From positions 1 to 35,221 of the forward strand of contig CAZUWJ010000004.1 of assembly GCA_964624315.1 (NCBI GenBank): 35,221 nt of DNA, in the 5' to 3' direction. The position numbers and the translations under genes are program-made. The stretch is from an uncultured Gammaproteobacteria bacterium (GTDB lineage: Bacteria > Patescibacteriota > Patescibacteriia > Magasanikbacterales > GWA2-37-8). Below the pieces are notes generated by a model. That model was not told where the DNA came from. It was given only the letters and a program-made list of their open reading frames with translations, and searched no databases. Below, piece by piece: positions 28,328 to 35,221 of the stretch (position 1 is the stretch's first letter; every line of letters starts with the position of its first letter).

Positions 28328-30823
28328 ATGAAAAAAAATAAAATTAAACAAGCGAGATGTTGTTCTGTCTGTGGTAAAAATGGACACAACAAATCCACTT
28401 GTCCAAATAAAAATATAGTTCAAACTTCTTCTCAATCCCCTGTCCCAAACCGTGAAAAGGTGGTTAAATTTTTTATCCACCATACTGACATAAACATACC
28501 CAGCACTTCTTCTCATACTTTGAATTTAAAACAATCTGAAGATTTTAGTTGGGACAAAGTTGAAACTGAACAATCCTACACCAAACAAAATCTTTACCAT
28601 TTATATCACAAAAACGCAAAGCAATATAAAGCACCTGTGAAATTAATGGCTGAAATAAATAACATTAATTTTGCTGAAATCAAAACATTACCAGAACCAG
28701 TCAAAAAAACACTTAAACAAACACCAATCAAAAAACAGAGAGAAAAGAAATATTTAATCAAAAAATCAATCGTCAAAATCAAGCAGGCTGAAATAAATTT
28801 TTATAAACGTGTTGAAAACTTTACAAATCGTTTGAATTTTAAAAAACTAACAGCTGTTACTGCCTTATTTGCTCTATTTTTGATTGTTCCAATGCAGGCT
28901 AATAGTCATTATTACCAACTTAAACTAGTGGCCAACAAAGTAGAATCCGAAGGCACAAATGGATTCACCCAATTACAAAAAGCAACTTTAGATTTATTAA
29001 ATTCTGATATTGAAAATGCTCAAAAATCTATTGATAATGCTATTTATAATTTTGAACAAGCCAAAAACACCATGGATAACAACTACGTCTGGCTTCAAAA
29101 AATAACCAAGATCATTCCTTTTGCGAGCGGACAACTAACCAGCCGAGAAAATATAATATTAGCTGGACAATCTCTGTCAAAAGCTAACAAAGAATTACTT
29201 ACAATTGTTAATAATATAAACAACCAAGGAAAAGACAGCCTGGGGCAAACAATTAATATTATTTCTGACAATTTAAAAAATGCTAATTATTACTATGGCG
29301 ATGCTTTAGAAAAAATAGCCTCAGTTGATGAAAGCGTTTTACCGTTTGAATACCAAAACTTTTTTAAAGAATTTAAAGTTATTTTAGCCTCTTTAGTAAA
29401 TGATTTACAAAATATAGAGCAACTAAGCTCCAGCCTAAAAGAAATATTTGGAGCTGAAGGTTATCGTAGATATTTACTTGCTTTTCAAAATCCAAATGAA
29501 CTGCGACCAACTGGTGGTTTCTTGGGTAGTTACGCTGTCATAGATATAAAAGACGGTAAAATCCAAAATCTTGAAGTCCCTCCGGCTGGTTCTTATGATA
29601 TGAGAGGATACAATACTGCTTTTGTTGAACCACCTGCTCCACTGCTTTTATTAAACAAAAGATGGGAATTTCAAGATTCTAACTGGTTCCCAAATTTCCC
29701 AGACAGTGCTCAAAAAATGATGTGGTTTTACCAAAAATCAAAAGAAAAAACAGTGGATGGAGTTATCGCTATCAATTCCAATGTTTTAGAAAAATTATTA
29801 ACAGTACTTGGACCAATTAAAAATGACCAAAGAGATTTGGTATTATCTTCTGAGAATGCCTTACAACAAATAAGGGGAAACATCGAAGAAAATAAATATA
29901 AAAGCAGACAACAAAAACAAATCATAAGCGATCTAGCTAAAGATTTTGTTAAAAATATTGAAAATATAAAAACTGATCAGGTCTTACCACTGCTTCTTAA
30001 TTTACATGAATCTCTAGAAGAAAAAGATATTCAATTATATTTTACTGATAACGAAGTCCAAAAACAAATAGAAGATTTTGGTTGGGCTGGTAAAATTATA
30101 GACACTGAAAATAAAAAAGATTACCTAATGGTGGTAAATAGTAATATCCAAGGACAAAAAAGCGATGCCTACATTGAACAAAAAATATCCCACGAATCAT
30201 TAATAGAACCTGACGGCACCATATTAAACACTGTTACCATCGCTCGCACCCATACTGGCACCAAAGGAGAATATTTATATGGTCAAACAAATATAGATTA
30301 CATTAGAGTGTACACACCTCAAAACAGCGAACTAATTTCTGCTAGTGGATTTACTTGGCCAGATGAAAAATATTTTAGAGCTCCAGAAAGCTGGGTAGAG
30401 AAGGACTTTGATTTAGAAAAATTAGTACAAACAGTTGGGTATGATTCTCAAAGTGGAACAAACATAACAACTGAATTTAATAAAACCGCTTTTGGAAATT
30501 GGGTAATAACTGAACCCGGACAAACATCAAAAGTAACATTCACCTACAAATTACCTTTTAAAATCGCAACTGATGATCAAAATAACTTAAAAAAATGGTC
30601 AGGATTTTTTACTGCTTCAACAAAATTAGATAGCTATCAATTAGTATTCCAAAAACAATCTGGTAATAATACTGACTTTGAAAGCCAAATAATACTAGAC
30701 GAAACCTATTCCCCCGTCTGGAACAAAGGAAATAACATAACAACTGCTAACAATGGATTTTTAATTGACGAAAAAGATATTAAAAAAGATCAAATCTGGA
30801 GTTTCATAATTAAACATAAGTAA
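28328..30823 (+). CDS. DUF4012 membrane protein with N-terminal CCHC zinc knuckle
   Basis: RRYLLAFQNPNELRPTGGFLGS, DSNWFPNFPDSA, VDGVIAI, YIRVYTP; one TM helix near aa 175-192. Confidence 0.85.
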   Translation: MKKNKIKQARCCSVCGKNGHNKSTCPNKNIVQTSSQSPVPNREKVVKFFIHHTDINIPSTSSHTLNLKQSEDFSWDKVETEQSYTKQNLYHLYHKNAKQYKAPVKLMAEINNINFAEIKTLPEPVKKTLKQTPIKKQREKKYLIKKSIVKIKQAEINFYKRVENFTNRLNFKKLTAVTALFALFLIVPMQANSHYYQLKLVANKVESEGTNGFTQLQKATLDLLNSDIENAQKSIDNAIYNFEQAKNTMDNNYVWLQKITKIIPFASGQLTSRENIILAGQSLSKANKELLTIVNNINNQGKDSLGQTINIISDNLKNANYYYGDALEKIASVDESVLPFEYQNFFKEFKVILASLVNDLQNIEQLSSSLKEIFGAEGYRRYLLAFQNPNELRPTGGFLGSYAVIDIKDGKIQNLEVPPAGSYDMRGYNTAFVEPPAPLLLLNKRWEFQDSNWFPNFPDSAQKMMWFYQKSKEKTVDGVIAINSNVLEKLLTVLGPIKNDQRDLVLSSENALQQIRGNIEENKYKSRQQKQIISDLAKDFVKNIENIKTDQVLPLLLNLHESLEEKDIQLYFTDNEVQKQIEDFGWAGKIIDTENKKDYLMVVNSNIQGQKSDAYIEQKISHESLIEPDGTILNTVTIARTHTGTKGEYLYGQTNIDYIRVYTPQNSELISASGFTWPDEKYFRAPESWVEKDFDLEKLVQTVGYDSQSGTNITTEFNKTAFGNWVITEPGQTSKVTFTYKLPFKIATDDQNNLKKWSGFFTASTKLDSYQLVFQKQSGNNTDFESQIILDETYSPVWNKGNNITTANNGFLIDEKDIKKDQIWSFIIKHK

Positions 30824-30837
30824 TTAAACTAAAAATT

Positions 30838-32730
30838 ATGCCCAAAGAACCGAAATTTTCGACTAAGGAGATCACTAAAAAAAGTCCTAAAAAAACTGTT
30901 CGCAAAAAACCAGTTCGTAAAACAGCTGTTAAAAAAACTTCTAAAAATAACAGCAGAGTTAGTAAAAATAAAGAAATAGATGATGTTTTAAGTTCTATTT
31001 ATGCAGACAGTAAAGGTAATAAAACAAAAATGGAAAAAATAGAAATTAAAAAAACTCACCCTATTTTTAAGTTTTTCTTTACTTTATTAATTTTGGGTGC
31101 AATATTCGCAGGCATTGCTTGGTTGGGATTTTTTACTATGCCTCAAAAAAATTTTAATAAAGAGGAAATAAAACTAGAAATAACTGGTCCAAAAAATGCT
31201 ACTCTAGGAGCTACCACTACTTATTTTGTAAATTATAAAAACAACCAAAAAACAAAGCTAGAAAATACTGTTTTAACATTACGCTATCCAAATGGTTTTG
31301 AGTTTAAAAATAGCTCAGTGCCAGCCACTAACAATAATAACGAGTGGAACTTAGGAGAGTTAGGTGCAAGTGATAAGGGGCAAATAAAAATTACTGGACA
31401 TTTATATGGATCATTAAATGAAAAACAATCACTTCGAGCTTTCTTAAATTACAAACCAACTAATTTTAATTCTGTATTACAAGCGGTTAATACTTTATCT
31501 TCTGAAATAACCAACACTCCATACGAGCTAACCATTACAGGCAATGACGAAGCCACAGTAGGCAATGAAATAAAATATGAAATTAATATCAAAAGCGAAG
31601 AAGGTTGGTCTGGCAAAGAATTTGAACTTAGTTTAGATTTACCTGAAAATTTTTATATTGTTGATTCTAAACCAAAATTAGAAAATAATAAATGGAATCT
31701 TCAAATGGGCGAAACCACCAGTACTGATAATCTAACCTACACCCTTACTGGCACTTATAGTGAAGACGAAAATATTGAAGACGAAAATATAATAGCTACT
31801 CTATTTTACGTAGCTCCCTCTAACACTTTATACGAAGTATATAAATCAGAAATTAATACTCTTATAAATAGCAACGCTCTTAGATACAATTTAGCTACTA
31901 ACGGATCTTTAAAAGATTTTGATAGTAAACCAAGCGAAGAACTAGCTATTAGTGTAAATATTCAAAATACTAGCAAACAAACTTATAAAGACGCTAGTAT
32001 AAAATTACTTTTAGACGCCCCTTCTTTAAAACGTTCCAGCATGCTTGACTGGGCCAATGTTTACGATATTTTAGATGGCAATATCCAAGGAATACAACTA
32101 GATGATAATACTAGGAGAGGGCAAGTTATTTGGAATAGCCGTCATAACAAAAAATTAGCCTTAATAGAACCAAACGACATCATAACCATTGATATGACTT
32201 TACCTATTAAAGATGCTAATGATATTGATCTAGTTTCACTTAGTAATTATTTAATAAAAATAACTTCTGAAATAAATTTTACTGACGAAAAAGGCGATAA
32301 AAAAACAATTAATTCCAACCCCATTTCTATTACTATTAATTCTGATTTGGGAATGGAAGTAAGAGACAAAATTACCACAAATGACAATGGTAAAACTCAG
32401 CATAATATAACTTGGGTTTTAACCAATAGTTACCACGCGCTAAAAGATATAAAAATAACCGCCAATGTTTATGGTGATGTAAGCTATATTGAACCCGAAA
32501 ACATACCTTTTGGCATTGTAAATTGGGATAAAGACAACCAAAAAATAACTTGGGAAATAAATGAGCTACCTCTAAACATCTTATCTGATGGATTATCTTT
32601 TGGAATAGTTTTAGAAAAAATAAACCCAACCCAAGAAACATTAGTCACCAAACCTCACATCCAAGCAGTTGATATTGTAACTCAAAAAGAAATAACTTTA
32701 CTATCTGATGAAATAAGTTTAGTTGAATAA
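30838..32730 (+). CDS. Single-pass membrane protein with beta-sandwich (DUF11-like) repeats
   Basis: Lys-rich N-terminus, TM helix, repeated Y.(V/I)...N, (Y/L)P..F, WNLG patterns. Confidence 0.75.
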   Translation: MPKEPKFSTKEITKKSPKKTVRKKPVRKTAVKKTSKNNSRVSKNKEIDDVLSSIYADSKGNKTKMEKIEIKKTHPIFKFFFTLLILGAIFAGIAWLGFFTMPQKNFNKEEIKLEITGPKNATLGATTTYFVNYKNNQKTKLENTVLTLRYPNGFEFKNSSVPATNNNNEWNLGELGASDKGQIKITGHLYGSLNEKQSLRAFLNYKPTNFNSVLQAVNTLSSEITNTPYELTITGNDEATVGNEIKYEINIKSEEGWSGKEFELSLDLPENFYIVDSKPKLENNKWNLQMGETTSTDNLTYTLTGTYSEDENIEDENIIATLFYVAPSNTLYEVYKSEINTLINSNALRYNLATNGSLKDFDSKPSEELAISVNIQNTSKQTYKDASIKLLLDAPSLKRSSMLDWANVYDILDGNIQGIQLDDNTRRGQVIWNSRHNKKLALIEPNDIITIDMTLPIKDANDIDLVSLSNYLIKITSEINFTDEKGDKKTINSNPISITINSDLGMEVRDKITTNDNGKTQHNITWVLTNSYHALKDIKITANVYGDVSYIEPENIPFGIVNWDKDNQKITWEINELPLNILSDGLSFGIVLEKINPTQETLVTKPHIQAVDIVTQKEITLLSDEISLVE

Positions 32731-32739
32731 CCTCTAAAT

Positions 32740-32770
32740 AAAAAACCCTCGCCAACGGCGAGGATTTTTT
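32740..32770. terminator. Bidirectional terminator
   Basis: AAAAAACCCTCGCC-AAC-GGCGAGGATTTTTT. Confidence 0.82.
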
Positions 32771-33695
32771 ATTTAATAAATTCTTCAATTAATTTCTCTG
32801 CTTCTTTTTTTTCTTTTATCCATTTTATTCTTTCATCTCTTTTAAACCAAGTCAGTTGTCGTTTCGCATAGTGACGGGTATCTCTTTTTAAAATCTCTTT
32901 AGCTTCATCCAAACTCATCTCCCCTCTCAGGTAATAACCTATTTGTTTATACCCAATCCCAGTCATGCCAGGCAACTGCCAACCATATTTTTGTTTTATC
33001 AAACTTTCTACTTCGCTCAACAACCCTCTGATATATTGATTACCAACTCTCTTATTTATTCTCTCGTATAATTCTTCTTTGTCTCTTTTAATACCAATCT
33101 GCAAACAATTATATTCTGGCTTTGATTTTGTTTGTTGTTTAACAAAAGATTTACCAGTCAAAATAACAACTTCCAAAGCCCGAACCACTCGGCGCGGATT
33201 TTTAATATCTATTTTTTTAAAAGTCTCTTCATCTAACTTTTTTAATAATTCCAATAACTCTTCTAAACTTTTCTTTTCTAACTCTTTCCTTAACTTTTTA
33301 TTTGGCGCAATCTCTGGTATATCAAAATTATCTATTATAGACTGAAAATACAGACCAGTCCCCCCAACCATAATTGGTAATTTACCCCTGCCCAAAATAT
33401 TATTAATATGTTTTTTGGCAAGCTCTTTAAAATCTGCCAAAGAAAAATCTTGACCCGGATCAATAATGTCCATTAGATAATGAGGCACACCTTGGGCAAA
33501 ATACGCTTCTCCACCTTCAAATTTTTGCCAAGCACCTTTTGGCTTATCTGTTCCAATATCCATTTTTTTATAAATTTGACGAGAATCAGCTGAAATTATT
33601 TCACCATTAAATTTTTTGGCCAATTCCAAACCAAGAGCTGTTTTACCAGACGCAGTTGGACCAACAATAGCAATAATTTTTGGTAATTTCTCCAT
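32769..33695 (-). CDS. miaA: tRNA dimethylallyltransferase
   Basis: GPTASGKT, SADSRQIY, VGGTGLY, IGYK, TRHYAKRQLTWF. Confidence 0.97.
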   Translation of the reverse strand: MEKLPKIIAIVGPTASGKTALGLELAKKFNGEIISADSRQIYKKMDIGTDKPKGAWQKFEGGEAYFAQGVPHYLMDIIDPGQDFSLADFKELAKKHINNILGRGKLPIMVGGTGLYFQSIIDNFDIPEIAPNKKLRKELEKKSLEELLELLKKLDEETFKKIDIKNPRRVVRALEVVILTGKSFVKQQTKSKPEYNCLQIGIKRDKEELYERINKRVGNQYIRGLLSEVESLIKQKYGWQLPGMTGIGYKQIGYYLRGEMSLDEAKEILKRDTRHYAKRQLTWFKRDERIKWIKEKKEAEKLIEEFIK

Positions 33696-33696
33696 A

Positions 33697-35022
33697 TTAA
33701 ATTTTTTCTCCCCGCAAAACCCAAGTCTGAGGTTGGGTAATTTTTACTTTTACTATTTGACCAACCAAATCTTCTGAGCTCAAAAAATGAGCCAATTTAC
33801 CCTCTCTACTATTACCAGAACAAATTCCATTTTTATATTTTTCTACTAAAACTTCTACGATTTTCCCCAAATATTTTTGATTTTTTAAAAGTGTATTTTC
33901 TTCCATCATCCCTTGCAAAATTCTCCACCTACTTTTCTTTTCTTCCAGAGGAATATCATCTTTAAAAACCTTGGCCGCGACCGTCCCGCTCCTCTGGGAA
34001 TAAACAGCGTGATAAGAAATATCAAAGCTACACTGTTTAAACAAATCGACTGTACCCTCAAATTCTTTTTGGGTCTCCCCACAAAAACCAACTATAATAT
34101 CAGTAGCCAAGGCCATATCTGGCTTTACTTTTTTAATTTTTTTAATTATCTCCAAATATTTCTCACAAGTATAATGACGGTTCATTCTTTTTAATACCTC
34201 GTTATCACCGCTCTGAACTGGTAGATGTAAAAAGTTAACTTGTTTAGGCAGGGTCAAAGCACTAATTTGATAATCATTAAAATATTGTGGATCAGGAGCA
34301 GTAAAATGAATGCGATTTATTTTTTCAATTTGATTTAATTCCCATAAAAGAGCAGAAAAATCATCCTTATCTTTAAACGGATTATCACTACTAAAATTTT
34401 CTTTATCACTTGCCTTATAATCATTTACCACCTGCCCTAACAAAGTTATTTCTATTGCCCCAGCCTCTACTGCGTCTTTCACTTCTTTTAAAATATCTTT
34501 AACACTACGATTTCTCTCTCTTCCTCTAGCATAAGGCACCACACAATAAGTACAAAAATTATTACAACCAGTCTGAATACTGATAAAAACTTGAAAATTG
34601 TTTTTTCTTTTAGGTTCAATATCCAAATACTCAGTCAAATCCTCAAAATCATTTTTAACAAATTCTAAATTTAGTTCTTTTAACCATTTTGGCAACATCA
34701 CCAAATCATCAATAGAAAAAAATAAATCCACATCTTTAAACTGCCTTCGTAAATGACCATTTTTATCCCGACCAGCCATACAGCCAGTAATACCCAAAAT
34801 AACATCTGGATTTTGCTCTTTTAATTTTAACCATTTATCCATTAATCCAAAAACCCTATTTTCAGCACTCTGACGAACGCTACAAGTATTAACTAATAAA
34901 AGATCAGCCTGTTTATAGTCCGCTACTTCTTCTAATCCCAGAGACAACAAAAGACTGACGATTCTTTCCGAATCGTTTTTATTCATCTGACATCCAAGAG
35001 TTTGAATAAAAAATCTTTTCAT
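33697..35022 (-). CDS. miaB: tRNA-i6A37 methylthiotransferase
   Basis: GCQMN..DSE, NTCSVR, GCMA, CNNFCTYCVVPYARG, HLPVQSG, TRAM domain; next to miaA. Confidence 0.93.
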   Translation of the reverse strand: MKRFFIQTLGCQMNKNDSERIVSLLLSLGLEEVADYKQADLLLVNTCSVRQSAENRVFGLMDKWLKLKEQNPDVILGITGCMAGRDKNGHLRRQFKDVDLFFSIDDLVMLPKWLKELNLEFVKNDFEDLTEYLDIEPKRKNNFQVFISIQTGCNNFCTYCVVPYARGRERNRSVKDILKEVKDAVEAGAIEITLLGQVVNDYKASDKENFSSDNPFKDKDDFSALLWELNQIEKINRIHFTAPDPQYFNDYQISALTLPKQVNFLHLPVQSGDNEVLKRMNRHYTCEKYLEIIKKIKKVKPDMALATDIIVGFCGETQKEFEGTVDLFKQCSFDISYHAVYSQRSGTVAAKVFKDDIPLEEKKSRWRILQGMMEENTLLKNQKYLGKIVEVLVEKYKNGICSGNSREGKLAHFLSSEDLVGQIVKVKITQPQTWVLRGEKI

Positions 35023-35039
35023 AAAAATTGAGTTTATTT

Positions 35040-35068
35040 AATATACTACAAAACACACAAAAAATCAA
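35040..35068 (-). promoter_or_regulatory. Possible promoter for miaB-miaA
   Basis: Minus strand TTGATT-17 bp-TATATT. Confidence 0.5.
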
Positions 35069-35071
35069 GGT

Positions 35072-35111
35072 AAAAAAAGAGAGGAGCGCTGCCTATGCTA
35101 GGCGCTCCTCT
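35072..35111 (-). terminator. Terminator of a minus-strand gene entering from the right edge
   Basis: AGAGGAGCGC/GCGCTCCTCT stem with an A7 run on its left. Confidence 0.75.
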
Positions 35112-35221
35112 TAAACTTTATTACATCTGCCTCGCCAGCCTCAGACTGGTTATTGGGCAGAAGATACCCGATGTCACCGGCTTTAATCAAAACCGATGCC
35201 GAAACCAACTCTGTACCCGCG

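Noticed and set aside
1857-34194. Many short ORFs antisense to or nested in identified genes (e.g. 1857-2093, 6500-6754, 9865-10146, 12141-12521, 21611-21931, 33079-33345)
   Set aside because: Shadow frames of well-supported genes, with no motifs or expression signals
35098-35221. 3' end of a minus-strand gene at the window edge
   Set aside because: Two plausible frames (…RGYRVGFGIGFD* or …DVIKFKRSA*) cannot be told apart, so no CDS is called

Overview
AT-rich bacterial chromosomal segment. The gene set points to Patescibacteria/CPR, probably Parcubacteria (inference from the VirB2-like Cys-rich pilin next to DsbA, the orphan OppA after secG, DUF4012 and tRNA-Ile(UAU)). Core genes: partial gyrB, secE-nusG-rplK (no rplA after it), queA, mltG, a RluA-family pseudouridine synthase, a gmk-like gene, rplS, uvrA, secG, rnj, miaA and miaB. 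Also present: a queuosine-precursor transporter, a D-2-hydroxyacid dehydrogenase, a surface-glycan cluster, an NRMT-type transporter paired with a soluble MgtE-N/CBS protein, tRNA-Ile(UAU) and RNase P RNA. Most notable observations: a guanylate kinase with Glu in place of the Walker A Lys and foreign codon usage; a composite non-coding element (triple 12-bp palindrome plus REP-like hairpin) present twice in inverted orientation; a CCHC zinc knuckle on an LCP-like DUF4012 membrane protein; a split Mg2+ sensor/transporter pair; a UAU-anticodon tRNA; an atypical RNase P RNA; and a small membrane-protein gene split at an A8 tract. No CRISPR array, transposase or prophage was seen. All calls were made by eye without database searches.
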